DNA from: Lama glama
Lineage: Eukaryota
Length of the DNA: 64,000 bases
Assembly (NCBI GenBank): GCA_028534125.1
Contig: CM052822.1
Location: forward strand, 63,240,001 to 63,304,000
Direction of reading: 5' to 3'
This document shows, in pieces, positions 26,990 to 40,134 of the stretch. Both the position numbers and the translations under genes were made by a program. Every line of letters begins with the position of its first letter. Positions within the stretch are counted from its first letter, which is position 1. The notes beneath the pieces are model-generated. The model was not told where the DNA came from, did not search any database, and saw only the letters and a program-made list of their open reading frames with translations.

Positions 26990-27219
26990 CATTTTTGTTT
27001 TTAATTCTTATTTTATATTGAAGTATAGTCTATTTGCAATGTTAGTTTCAGGTGTGCAGCAAAGTGATTCAGTTATATAAACACATACATACATTTTTTT
27101 TCAGATTCTTTTTCATTACAGATCATTACAAGAAACTGAATATGGTTCCCTGTGCTATACAGTAGGTCCTTGTTGTTTATCTACTTTATATATATAGTAA
27201 TATGTAGATTAGGAGTTTG
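26990..27219 (-). mobile_element. Young L1 3' fragment with a short 5' inversion
   Basis: Same family as 6033-6319. Flanked by tggaaggtgtttttt (26975-26989) and tggaaggcttttt (27218-27230). Confidence 0.9.
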
Positions 27220-27601
27220 GAAGGCTTTTTCTTTATGCTGCCTGTATAGGTCCTTAATCTCAAAGTAAAATCCTGGGAGTGATAAATCAGGCTCGAACTG
27301 AATATTCATTTTCTTCTTAAAAGCCAGAGATATCTTGTGGATGCCAAGAATTCCATGAAATCAAGTGGAAAATCCCTGTCCTGTGTCCTTCCATAAGAAA
27401 ACACCGTCTCAGGTCTTTGGAAGGTCAGCACTATGGAAGATACTTTTTTTTTTTTAATGAATATTTTTAAATGTCACATCCTTCCAGGAAAGCTGAAGTG
27501 TCTTAAATGTGCATTCTTTTAGGTTCTTCCTCGTCCTATATGTGACTTGAGTCAAAAAACTCATGGGTTTCTGAGTCTTCTCTCTTCATGTTCTTTTCCA
27601 G

Positions 27602-27738
27602 AGCACAATCATTGTAGAGAAGACAGTGCAAGACCTCTTGAACCTGATGCATGACTTGAGTGCCTACTCGGATCAGTTCCTCAACATGGTGTGCGTGAAG
27701 CTCCAGGAGTACAAGGACACCTGCACTGTGGCCTACAG
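27602..27738 (+). CDS. EXOC4: EXOC4 (Sec8) internal coding exon, 137 nt, phase 0 to 2 (probably orthologous to human exon 12)
   Basis: Polypyrimidine tract and acceptor ttcttttccag (AG 27600-27601), donor AG|gtagag. Translates [45 protein letters not shown](R), recognised as Sec8/EXOC4. Missed by the ORF track in this frame. Confidence 0.97.
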
Positions 27739-28929
27739 GTAGAGCTTCTGTTGGAAGCTAAGCAAAGTCAAGATCGTGTGGTGGTCGGTGATACTGTCTT
27801 CATAGCCTATCTTTCTGCCATCATGGAAAAGGATTTGTCAAGAGGCTTGACGAGAACATGTACCAAAGAAATAGTGTCCTAGACACATGTATAGTCATGC
27901 CAACAGAGGAAGTGGAAGGGACAAATGCCCTTAGGACTTCCATTGGGTAGTTTAGATGAAGTGTCAGCCTTGATTTTTCTGCAAGTCTAAAATCGTAAGA
28001 TTTGTCTTCTTCAAGGAAATTCCACACCTTAATTAGTCCCTCTTGTGATTCTAAAAGATCTCTAAAGTAAAGCAATTTTGAACTCTTAATAACCCTTAAT
28101 AATCTATAATAGGATTCCTTTTTAGTTTTTTACAAACGTCTTCCTCCTGATGTTTGATCCATAGCCTTCCTACTGTCATGAAAGGATGCTTACACCTGTT
28201 TTTAGCATCAGTGGAAATGAAAAATCATTGTTACGAACTTGAAAACCTTGAGTTTTTTTCTCTGATTTCTTTTCTCTGAGTTCAAAAGTCTCTTTGAGCT
28301 TGTGGAAAAGATCATAGCATTTCTTGTAAGAAGCTAATAATAGGAGCAAATTATGGTCTGGTTGACAAGATCTGAAACGATTAGGGAAGGAAAGAATGTG
28401 TAATAAAATACTCGATTTTATGTGATATATAATTAAGAAGAGATAGGTACAGTCCAGCACATAATCAGGTACTACTTGTACAGTGCAGACTATTAAGAGC
28501 AGAAGGAATAAACCCAAAAGAGAGTGGTAGGCTGGTTGGAGTCGGGTAAAGATCTCACAGGTGAAATAAACAGGTGTTGGACCTTAGAAAAATGAACGGG
28601 ATTTGGGGAGGTAAAAAGAAAACAGGCATTGCAGGGATGGAGAGGAAGCACCAACATAGTAGCCTGACATTCTGAGGGGAAGGTTTGAATGGAACAGAGT
28701 TCTTAGTAGAAGGTAGTAGGAAGTAATGTTGAGTAGGAAAAATAAGACCAAATAACAAAGAGTCTTAACACAGTTGACTTGGAATTTAGATGCTGAATAG
28801 TAGATGGTAAAGAGTCATTATAAGTAAGCCAGGAGGCAGCATCTGGGGAATATTGATGTGGCCAAGGAATACAACGTAGACTAATGCCTGACCTCTTTCA
28901 CTCCAGCAATAAGTAATGTTTATCCACAA

Positions 28930-29590
28930 TTACGTGAACCAAACAAAGAAAAGAAACCTGGCCATTTCATTGAAAAATGCATGCCCAATAATATTTCACT
29001 TTTTTTGTTCAGTGATTATTCATCAAAAATGATGATACACTTAGGTTAAAATCATACATATAACCAACAATTATGCTAAACTCAGTTGTGTACTAAGTGA
29101 CAATTATAATGGCACTTCAAACAAAAAATAGGTTAAAATTTAATCTTTTGGTAAATAAAATTTTAATTAGGATTTTTAGACTTTAATTTGTACAAATTTT
29201 TTTTTGCAGAAAACCACAAATAGAGTAATAATAAAATACTTTCAAGCATAAAGATTTATTCCATTAGGCTCAAATTTGGTGAGGAAATGATAAAGAAATA
29301 ATAATTCAGAGAGACAAATATCTAACTGTTAAAAAAGAGCTTATTTATGGATATTTTAAATGTATTATGGAGGATATCAAATCTCTATGGTATTGAGATT
29401 CCATTGGATATATTTAAATACTACTGATTTAAAATGTTAATATTTATAACGTGCCAAAATTATATATTTTGTAACCATTAAACTCATGCTAGAAAAAAAA
29501 AACTAAATTTCAACTTTAGAATTTGAGGAGAATATAGTTTTTCAGAATTCCTTTAAGAGATACACAAATGAAAAATTTAAAAGCCATTGC
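28930..29590. mobile_element. AT-rich hAT-like DNA transposon remnant (family uncertain)
   Basis: Ends agagatacacaaatgaaaaatttaaaagccattg, like hAT-Charlie termini (…aagtttgaagaccactg). Interior is degenerate. Confidence 0.4.
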
Positions 29591-30689
29591 TTTGGGTTAG
29601 TTTTCTAAGGCTGGAATTTCTGGGCCACAGATTGTATTTTCACCTTTACAAAACCAGACTCTGAAGTGGCTGTACCAATGTCATGTTTCCCAAGTGAGAG
29701 TCCAACAACATTTTAAAAATTGACTTTTGTCTTTATTTTAACCTCCATTGAATTTTCAACTTTTTTTTAAGAAGCAAGGCATGTCTTCTTTTTCTTATAT
29801 TTCATTATGCGTGACCAATAATTTTAACAAATAATGTTGGTGAATGTTAATTACAATGGAGATGTTATATACATAACCTGCCAAGATAAGGTAAAATTAG
29901 GATCCCACTGATGGTCATAGATATATTGTTGTTGTTCTAGTTATTTTAAAAGAAATCTTTTAAAAAGTTTGTATGGCTTGGCACCTTGTTTATTGCAGGT
30001 GAGCTTTTCCTCATCATTTATGATCCTGCCTCTCAACATGCCAAGCAATGGGAAGCTTCCTAAATTGACAAAGCAGAGTGGTCACTGTTGAACAGTGTCT
30101 TTTTTTGAAACGATAGTCCCCTATCCACAGGACATCGTTCCTTTTTTCTGGAGTGATGTGAAATCACTTTCATCCTTACACATGAAAAGCCCTCCAAATA
30201 CATAAAGATGGCTATCATGGTCCATTTACTAGGTTTTTTTCCCTGCCCCTATACTTAACATTCGTGGGTTCTGATATGTCCTGGGCCTCAAACCATCCCA
30301 GTCTTCTTTCTCTATTACCCATAAGCCCAGCAGTGTCTGTCTTAAAAAAGGAGTCCTTCACTCTGAGCCCAGTGTCCCAGGTATGCTTTCATACTTCAGC
30401 AAAAGCACTGCCTTCCTTGTGCAGGACCCAGTGCAGAACATGGGGCTTCTTATTACATCCTTTTATTGTATTTGAGTGTGTGGGGATTGAGAAGTCCATC
30501 AGTCTCTGATTAAACCTTGAATGAGCTTACATTCTTGGTAGAGGGTAGAAAGGAAAATAGGGGACAAAGGAATCGGACCTGTATATCCACAGCACTCATT
30601 TATTACAGAAAATACAAAAAGACGGGTAATGACGACATGCTCTAAGGGGAAGTTACTTAAGGAGGACAGGGAAGGTTTGGTGAATGATA

Positions 30690-31110
30690 CAGTCCAGGCC
30701 TTGCAAAGAATGAGGAGGATTTAAGCTTCAGGAGCTGAAAGGAATGAAGGAACCAGAGCAGTGTCAAGGAGGTGGGAAGAGTAGGAAGAGGAAAAACAAG
30801 TTGGGGTTTTGGAAAAGATGGCGAAGCCAAGATGGAGGGTCTTGAATGCCAGGATCAAGGAGCTTGGCTTTTTCAAATTAGAGAGTGAGGAGCCACTGAA
30901 GGTGACTCTACAGGGAGTACCAGGTGCAGACTGTGCTGTAGGGAGACCTTTCTGAGCTTTGTATAAGATGGATGGGAAAGAAAGGATGTCACATCGAGGT
31001 AGAAGGGAGGTGGGGGAAGTGGAGGTGAGGGGACAGATCAAGAGACATTAAAGATGTTAATGTGTGGGCATGGCCGCTGTTTGGCTGTTGAGGGGTAAGG
31101 AAATATAAGA
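30690..31110 (-). mobile_element. L2 remnant
   Basis: gagggtcttgaatgccaggatcaaggagcttggctt...gaggagccactgaaggt. Confidence 0.65.
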
Positions 31111-31199
31111 AGAATTGCTAGTTGAAATTAGTCTTATCTGTTCTATGCTGTAGTTCTGGGATTTTTAAAAAAAACTTAAAATTCAAAATCTCATACTTA

Positions 31200-31480
31200 C
31201 CCATTAATTTTAATGTTATTTTTGGCTCATCATTTCAGTCTATTGAGATACTTTTGAATCCTTACTCTGTCATCAAAAAATCATAGCTATTCCTGCAAAT
31301 TCCATGTCATTCTTGGTTTTATAAGCAATCTTTTAGTTTCTTTGTGTGTGTCATTTTTTAAAATGTTCCTCAGGACAGGGCTGAATTGAGAGTTTTGGCA
31401 GCCTACTTCTCGAGACTTCCTTTGAGATTGACACCCATAGGTTACTCAGTGCTTCAGAGGTTCATGTGTTTTTCTGACAA
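31200..31480 (-). mobile_element. CR1/L3 LINE reverse-transcriptase remnant
   Basis: ttttgaatccttactctgtcatc..tagctattcct..tgtcat..ataagca..aaaatgtt..caggacagggc..gagacttcc..ttgaca is colinear with the antisense CR1 RT region as recalled. Confidence 0.65.
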
Positions 31481-32039
31481 TGAACCCAGACTGTAGCCCC
31501 AGACTAGTCTCTGGGGCTTTAAATACCAGCTTTTTCACCTATTAGTTATGTGACCTTGAACTGTTCATCAGCCTTTCTGTGCTTTAGTTTTCTCATTGCA
31601 AAAAGAAATAATAATAGTTCTTCCCTCATAGGCTTACTTTGAAAATGTCAACCTTTTAGAACTGTTTTTAGTGAAATAGACAGTCCCCCTCAGATGATTA
31701 GCTGCTTTTTTGACAATGGCAATGACAACAATGACAATTACCTTTACTACCATTCATGACCAGACCCCCCTATGTTTCATCACCCACCCTGTAAGAGACT
31801 TGGATTTCTTACCGGAGTCCTCCCAGTCCTGACCACGCAGCTACCCCTCCCTCATGTCTCCCCGGGGTGGGCATGGACAAGCCAGCAAGACCAGCTGTTT
31901 GTTCAGGAATCCTCTTACCCCTTCCCTTCTAGGACCCATCGCTCCCTGCTCTGCTGAACGCTTTGTTAAGATCTCTCATCTTGGGCAACTTACAAATTAC
32001 TGTTTGGAACAAAATCGCTTAACCTTGAGCCAGATTTAC

Positions 32040-32330
32040 CGTTTCTTCATTCAAGATAATGAGTTACCCAGTTAGGAAAGAAACATAGTCACATGATTTG
32101 TTCATTGTGAGCTCTTTCTGGCTCCTAGTGAATACCACTTCCTAATTGTTCACAAACCATCACTAGCAATCTGTTTTAGAATTTTACCTATAATTCCCAA
32201 CGCACCCGACTTCTGTAATTTACCTTCTTTTCTTCCAGGGGCCTTTGCTCGCAGGCATTTTCCCCTGTCTGGCAGGGTACTGCTAAGATTATCAGCAGTG
32301 GTTCTGTGATTCTGTGCTTTGTATTATTTC
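32040..32330 (-). mobile_element. CR1/L3 remnant continuing the 31200-31480 element
   Basis: catgatttgttcattgtgagc..ctggctcctagtga..ttcacaaaccatc..tagaatttt. Confidence 0.6.
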
Positions 32331-32444
32331 TGTGCCTCAAGGTTCTTGCTTCAATTTATTAAACCTGTCAGAATATTATTTAATTTCAGTAACTTTTGAC
32401 ACAGTTGATTACTCCATCCTTAATTTATTTACTAGGTTTCTGGA

Positions 32445-34400
32445 ATTTCATTTATTTAACAGATTTATTGAGTACTTATACAAAAGTTTGTAGATACAAC
32501 AGTGACGCAAACAGACAAAACCTTCATTGGGTTTACACTCTGTTAGAGATGGGAGGGAAGGGGTAGACAATAAATATAATAGGTAAACATGTAAAACATT
32601 TTAGAAGATGGTAGGTGCTGCAGGGGAAAATGGAGCAGGGTGAGTCGACTCTGGAGTACGGGAGAGGGAGGCTGCAGGCTTACACAGGGGGCCTCTGCAG
32701 GCCCCGTCAAGTTGAGGTCTGAGAAAATGCTGAAAGGAGCCTGGGGACTTAGATATCTGGAAAGGGTGCCCTGGCAAAGGGCAAAGGCTCTAAGCCAGGA
32801 CTCTGCGGGACATGTCTCGGGAGCAGCAGGGAGGCCAGTGTGGTTGGGATAAAGTGGACCGAAAGGGTATTAAACAGATGTCCAAAAGGGACCATGTAGG
32901 GCCTTGTAGGCCACGGTAGGGTTGTTGAGTTCTACTCTAATTGAGATGGGGAGCCATTGCAGGAATTGTACCTGCGAGCAGCATGACCTAACTTATATTT
33001 TAGAATATAGGTATTGAGGCTAGGCTGTAGAGAGGCAAGGATGGAAGCAGGGAGACCGATCAGGGCCTGTGGCGGTGGTCCAGGTGAGAAATGAAGACAG
33101 CTCACACTGGTTGACGGCAGCCAGGTGGTGAGAACTGGTGGAACTCTAAATATATGGTTGACCCTGGAACTGCCCAGGTTTGAACTGCATGGGTCCACTA
33201 ATACGCAGATTTTTTCAATAAATTTTTTTTTCATTTTGCACATCTTTAAATTAACTAAGTGTGGGGAAAAGTTTGTGCTTGAATAGAGATCGAATATGTG
33301 GGTTAAAAGAATTAGGAGTTGAGTCCTGATTCTGTCCAGCTTCCTGCCCTTGGGTGAGTCACTCAACAATTCTTTGTTCCTTTCCACGTACTTAGCAATT
33401 GCAGCACGTGGATCTTCAACTGCACAGGGGTTGATGCCCCTAACCCCCACATTGCTTAAGGGTCAACTGTATTTCAAAGAGACAGCCAACAGAATCCCCT
33501 ACCTGCCAAATTGGGTGTAGAATGTGAGAGAAAGAAAGGTATCAAAAATGACTCAGGACTTTTTATTTGAATGATGAAAAGATGGAGTTGCCAGCTTTTG
33601 GGATGGAGGGCACTGCAGGTTTGAGGGCACGTAGATCACAGTTTAAATCTGGAGTGTCTCTTAGACACCCACATGGAGATACGGAGGAGGTAGTTGGGTA
33701 TATGCATCAAAGGGAGAGACATCTGCCCTGGAGATACTATTTGCAGCCATTGACAATATAAATAGTATATTTAATGGTATTTAAAACCGCGGACTCAATG
33801 AAATCTCTATAGGAGTGATTTTAAATATGATAGAGGTATATGAACTTCAGGAAGTTTGCAGGATGAGGAGAACCAGCAAAGGAGATGGAGAAGCAACAAT
33901 CAGTGAACTATGAGGAAGCTGAAGAGAATGTGGTGTCCTGGAAACCAAGTAAAGGGATGGAGGGATCCCTGACCCAAATACTGGTATTTGGTCATCATTA
34001 GAACTGAGCATTGATCGATAAATTTAACAACGTGGAGGACATTGGTGACTGTCAGAAGAGCTGTTTCTCTGGAGTAATAGGAGTGAAACCTGGATTGATG
34101 TGGGCTTAAAAAAGAATCTGGGAGTAGAGAACTTGTATATATAGATGAAACTTTTACAGTGACTTGCTGCAAAAAGGAGCAGAGAAATGGGATAGTAGCT
34201 GGTGAATTGAGGTCACATGAAGGGTTTTTAAAATTGTTTTATGTGTTATTTTAAACAGAGATAAGTGCATGCTTATATTTGAAAAAATATTTAGGAGAAA
34301 GGGAAGATTTTGATGTAGGGGAGAAAGGGGCAAATTGCTGAAATTGTGTCTGGGGTGGGATGTCATGCAGTAGTAAGTGTAGTAGTTGGCTTTAGGCAGG
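32445..34400 (-). mobile_element. Long L2 remnant interrupted by a Tigger2-derived element
   Basis: Starts ttcatttatttaacagatttattgagtactt (L2 3' end reversed), then gggccttgtaggcca, gagccattgcagg and ggaggacattggtgact. Confidence 0.85.
33155..33469. mobile_element. Tigger2-derived non-autonomous Tc1/mariner element
   Basis: TIRs tggttgaccctggaac / gcttaagggtcaactg, TA on both sides (33153-33154, 33470-33471), subterminal ggtttgaactgcatgggtccact and gcccctaaccccc. Confidence 0.85.
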
Positions 34401-37364
34401 AACTTGGATAGTTTTGTTCACCAGGCTCAGTCCTTCTTACAGGTATTGAGTTATTTCTCTGTCACTTCTATTTCATCATTTGGTCCAAACAGTGTAACTG
34501 TATCTGTGCTATACTGCGTTTTAGGGGGGGAATATAGCCATTGCTTTTGGTTCTTGATATATTGTGGTCATTGAGTATCTTGTTTCCTTTCCCCCAAGAG
34601 GCTATACCATCGAATTCTCTGGAATAATGCCCACTTATTGGTGCCCACTCTCAGATCATTCCTTCTACAGGGTAATATCTGTTGTAATCTACCACAGTTG
34701 CTGACTTACAGGTCTAGGATGAATTTATCTTAAGGTGGGGAAAAAGAATCCTAGAAGCTTTGAAGAGGCTTAAACAGAAAATCATTTACGTAGTTGTTAC
34801 ACAGCAGCACAGGTGCACATAACGTGTAACCCTATGGTGCCTCAGGCTAGGGAGAAAATGTTTCCTTATTGTGTGAGTCTGAAGATGCAGAAGTGTCCTT
34901 ACTTCGTCTCTTCCCACTTATTGCCCTCCCCCAGATTGGCACCTGCCGAGGAGTAATTAGGGCAGTCCTAATTTGGACAGCCAAATCCTGATTACAGTGA
35001 GAGGAAAAACAGGAAATGTTCTAGTTTGGCTGCCAACAAATGACTGTCTTAAATAGAAAGCCATATACAATTCAGATGATCCGAAATGATGTAACATTGG
35101 GGAAGGAGGAAGGGAGCGGGGAAACATTGCAATCTGATTCTTTCTCAGCAGATATCTTTTCCAGAACTGATCCAATCCATAAGCTCACAATGCCCTCTGC
35201 TGAGAGCTGGCATGTTTTCTAAGTTTACCGTGAGAACCGGAGCATCCACTGGGAGTTTAGAGATCGGAGGAAAGGTCAAAAACATCCCACCTTTCTCTGA
35301 GCATGTCACTCTGGAGAGAAAGCCTGTGCTATACAATGATGTCATGTTACATGCTTGGGATAAAGAGAGGTTTCCTAAAAGGGAAATGAAGACTCGAAGT
35401 CTTTTTCTTAATTAGTCACGCCCCTTAGGGCTTCAAGGAAAACGCAGCTGGGAATTGAATTCTCTGCTGCTCCTCCTTAGCCATCAGGCAGTCGGTCTAT
35501 TAGTCTGCTCCTTCCTGAGTGCGTCACTCCCTTTGTCGTCCTTTTTGTCCTGAGGTACAACCAGCAGTTTATGTGTCCCTAAATAGTCATTTTAAGTTGG
35601 CAAATCACAGCATTTCAAAGATTCTGTCTGTTCCAAGTTAGTATCAGTTCATTAATCAAATTTTTTTTTGACCTTCCTGCATTGTGTTGGGCCTACTAGA
35701 AAATACCAATAAAACATCTTCTAATCTTCGAGGCTCAATTGACTTAACATACAAGCAAATTTTATTAGGAAAAGGTATCACCATCTTCAGGGCCCCCCTT
35801 TCACCACTTCCCCATTGAGGCCTGAGAACTCATGCCAGAGCCTGAAGGAAGAGGGGTGTGGGGTGAACTTACGATTACCAAGGGCAGAAACCAGGTCTGC
35901 CCCAGGGCTGGACACCTGTGAGCCCTCAGGATGTTCATCCAAAGAAGGAGGAAACTCCTGACAGACCAGAGAGGTTGAACAAGCAGTTGGGCTACATGGA
36001 TGGACAAGATGTGTTGAGGGGAGAGAAATGAAAATGCCTGTAGTTGGGTAAGAATGAACAGAAAAGTTCTGTGTTTTTTTTTTTAAACTTCCCATGCTAA
36101 GTAAAGGAGTACCATAGGTTTTGGTGAGGAGGATGGCTTACCTCCTCCATGAGCAAAGTGGTGTTTTAAGAAGCCCTCAGTGGCCCCATTGTGCTAATAA
36201 CAATCACTGGACCCCATGGGCTGTGATGGCTTATGACCCTCTTCAGGTTTCCTGTGTAGACAGAGGCCCAGTTCCTGCAGGAATGAGAGTCTAGTTGAGC
36301 TAGCCTTGCTGCCTTTGAACCTCAGAAGAGCCAAAGGCATGTGCCGGGGAAACCCTATGCAAGCTCCACGCCAGCCTGTCTTCTGGTTTGCCTCTTGACA
36401 CTGTGTATGTCTTCCACCCTCTTGGCTTACCTACCAGTGATACATTCATTTTTATTAAATATGAAAGAGATAACAAAAGAAAATCTATAAAAATATGTAC
36501 GGTATCTAGTTCATAGGGAGCACTCAGCAAATGGGAGCTTTTATAATTTATTATGCTTGACTCTGTTTTGATATTTATCCCACTGTACTGCTATTTAAAT
36601 TTTTTATTACATACTGCTTGATCAGTTACCGGTTTCCACGTCTTCCTCAAAAATACTATTTTTCAATTGTGATTCACAGCAAGAGTTATTAGGGGAGATT
36701 TCAAAATACACAAATCCATTTCCCACATTAGGTCCACTGAGCAATAGGTCTGGGCAAAAATAGTTGAAAATGTCCCCAAAGTGATTCTTCTGTGTATTAC
36801 TGATCTGAACTCAGGCTTTAGAAGGAAGTTACTGCATCTTCTTCCGCATGATTGTTCCAGTGTTTAACATGATATCTGCATATTGGCCTTTCCCTCATGT
36901 TTGTTAATCAAGTGAATAACTTTACTTTTCTAGTTCACCTCAGCTGCCTTCCTGCCAAATAGAGAAGCTGCCCACCCAGCCAGGCATCCCACAGATTCCT
37001 GACTCAGTCTACCATGATAAGCTAGGAGTCTGTTGCAGTCTCTCTGGTGCAAAGTAATGAGGACCTGGACTGGACTGGACATACACACTCAGGAAAGCAC
37101 TGAGTCATTGTACAAGGGACTTTCAGTCATCAGCTCATCCCATCACTCACAACACCTCTGAAGATTAGATTCTCCCAGCCTTACCAACAAGAAAGCAGAG
37201 GTCCAGAAAGGTTCATACTGTGGCTAAGGTCACAGAGTGTGCAAGTGATAGTATGTGCGTTAAAAGCGAAGTCTAATTCTAAAGCCCAAAGAAGAGATAA
37301 GGAAATTAAAGAGGAAATGGGAAACTCAAAAAAGGTTTCAAATAGTTCAGAGAGACGTTGTAAT

Positions 37365-37600
37365 AGGAGCAGACTCCAGAACAGTCAGGGTGGGCTCAGT
37401 TCAGTCTCCCTCATCAGCCACTTGATATGGCAAGTTCCTTAATCTTTGTACCTTTGTACATCATCTCTGAAATTGGAATGATAACAGTGCCTACCACACA
37501 GGGTTGTTAGCAGGACTGAAAGAGTTAGTGTATGTAATGTGCTTAGAAGAATGCCTAGTTCATGGTAAATACTACAGAAGTCTCAGCCAGTGTTGTTATT
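37365..37600 (+). mobile_element. MIR remnant
   Basis: ggcaagttccttaatct..catctctgaaattggaatgataacagtgcctaccacacagggttgtt..gtgcttagaagaatgcct. Confidence 0.8.
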
Positions 37601-37754
37601 ATTCATTGTTGATTCTATTGGTGATGTTCTGGTCATTATTTATTTTTAAATTCATTGATAATATTGTTGTTATTTGCTAGAAAGATTGCAGAAGGGATAT
37701 TTTTATGCCCTCTGTTCTATCCCTGGTGTTTCGTGCTTCACCAGTATCAATTAT

Positions 37755-38400
37755 TCATTCATTCAGCCCTTATCCATTCAATAATTACTTATTAAGCACT
37801 CCTGGGGCCCATCATTATTCTAGAGCTAAGGGTACAGAAGTGAATAAACTAAGCAGAGTCCTGCCTTAATAGATTTTCTACTCACTCATGGAGGGACTTA
37901 GAAAATAATCAAGTAACAAAATAAATTTCTCAGAAGTAACAGAAAAAGATTCAGGCCAGCATCAGAAATGACCTCACTGTAGGCATGATGTTTGTGGTCA
38001 ATTGTCAAGGACAAAGAGGAGCCACTTGGAGATATGGGGAAGAGAATCCTAGGCAGAATGTGGAGCAGATTAGTGTGACCAGAACAGAGGGAGCGAAGAG
38101 ACTGAATACTGAGTGAGGTTAGGCAGGTGCAGGGCTCGGGTCATTTGGGTTATTTCTGGCTACACAGTGGAATCACTTGAGAGCTTAAAGAATACCCATG
38201 CGGAGCCTCACTTCAGCATGTGAAATTGATAGATTTGTAAAAACGCTTCCCAAGAGTTTTAATGTGAAGTCAGGATTAAGGACCATTGATGAAGGATCTC
38301 AAGGTCAGGGAATTTGAGTTTTAATCTAAACGAAATGGAAAGATGTTAATTTAGGGTTGAAACCAGGAGTTATCCAGTCTGATAACTTTTTATAAAGATC
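37755..38400 (-). mobile_element. L2 3' remnant with a nested MER5-like piece (about 38150-38290)
   Basis: ttcattcattca..tttattaagcactcct..; gaatcacttgagagcttaaagaatacccatgc..ggattaaggaccattg. Confidence 0.65.
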
Positions 38401-40134
38401 TTAAGGATATTCATATTTAAATCTGTTTATCATAAAAAATCTGAATATTGACAGTTGAGACAGATTTTATATTCTTGGTCCACTATGTTGCGATATATTT
38501 ATTTTCTTCTTGGTTTTTTATATATCAAACAGTTACAACCCTCCATATGAGAACTTGTCCATTTAAAGGTTGTTACTAAATTATCTCCAAGAGTTACTTG
38601 TATAAGCTCTCAGATTCCGAGTCCTTTCCCTGGGTTCTCTTGGATTGTTTTTCTCATCAACCATCTCCAGAGTCATCAGGTGTTTCATAAGTTGTGATTC
38701 CAAGGTAGGGATTCACACCGTCCTAAAGCTCTCTGACCAGCGTTGAGTGTGATGTAAAAGACAATCCACTATTTCTCTGCTCTTTTCCTTTTTGTTCTGC
38801 TTCATCTTATTTCTAGAGACGTTTTAGGTTTGCCTTTGCCTTTATGTTTGTTTTGTTTTCATCAGCAGCGTAGCACCAGCTCTTATTTCTGCATCCCTCA
38901 TTGTCACAATCACTGTGTTGCTGGACGTTGCACTGCAGTTTGCCTTGCTACAGGTCCAGTCATCCACGGTCAGAAATGGACTACAGTGGCTTAATTTGGA
39001 GCAGCCTTGTCTGGGGTTCATTTGCCTAGCTTGGCGCCTAGTTTTTGAAGTGTGTGAAAGATTCATTCTGTGAAAGAGTAAACATCATGGCCAGGCTGTC
39101 ACCAAACAGTTGAATCCAATTAGCCCCACCTGCCCCTGGTTGTTTACCTAATGAAAGATTCAGCACCCCAGCTGTGTCCAGGGACCAGGCGCACTTGCGC
39201 TTCCCAACTGTGCAAGAGGGGAAGCAGTGCGCATCAGGGCCAGTCGACACCAGCAGATGTTTTCGGAATGAAATTCACTTGGCTGTGTCTAGATGGTGGA
39301 CTCTTCCCATGGCAGCCTCATCACCTGTTCCAAGAGGTATACCTGTTTTCCTCTTCCTCCTGGGAACAGGTACAAATAGTTACACAGATGGCTCTGCCTG
39401 TGGCCCACTGAGCTGTGAATTAATTAGTAGCTTATGGTTCCGGCAGTGATGATTAACCCTACTCCTCTTGTGGAATAATTGTTGTAGATTCAGTTCTCCT
39501 TTTTTTGAGGCTATTTGGATATATCCTGGAATTGTTAACCCACATAATCCAGTTTATCACAAAATTATAAACTAATAAATGCAGTCCATCAGGATGGGAT
39601 CTTTGCCATTTGAATGGAAAATTCCCTTTCAGTAATTGTATGTTGTTAATCAATGTTAATATTTCAAATTAGAATATTTGGAATTGCTTTTGGGATTGCT
39701 GTTCATTACAATATGAATTAATAATTCATTGTTGAGGGCAGCATATAGGTGGCATGCTAGTTAATTTAGATTACTGTTTTTAGTAAGATAGGATCTATGA
39801 ATATTAGTGAAGGCAGTAAGGTAATACCATATTATTGAATTATACCAGTCTTTAAAGAAATGTAAGTAAATAATGTTAGTACCTTTAACATAGTATCCCA
39901 CTAAGCAGTTTTTTTTTTAATTGTAGCCAGTGCTAAAAATTCTAGATCCCCAAAATGTACAATACCATCTCACACCTACAGATCCAAACTGTTTCCTGAA
40001 CCCTGGGGCAGATGTGGGCCAGCATGGATGGCTCAGTGATTTAGAGGGTGGAAAACTGATTTGAGCTTTTAATTCTGTGGGGCAGAATTTGACTTGTAGT
40101 GTAGGCATAAAAGGAACTGAACCACTTAGCCAAA

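Noticed and set aside
27753-27775. ggaagctaagca resembling 5S rRNA or the AmnSINE1 head
   Set aside because: Only about 12 nt match and the flanks do not continue the alignment.
27691-27882. 63-aa ORF overlapping the first exon
   Set aside because: It is in a different frame from EXOC4 and reads through the donor into the intron.
32932-33450. 172-aa minus-strand ORF
   Set aside because: It spans a Tigger2-derived MITE and L2 sequence, with no recognisable domain.
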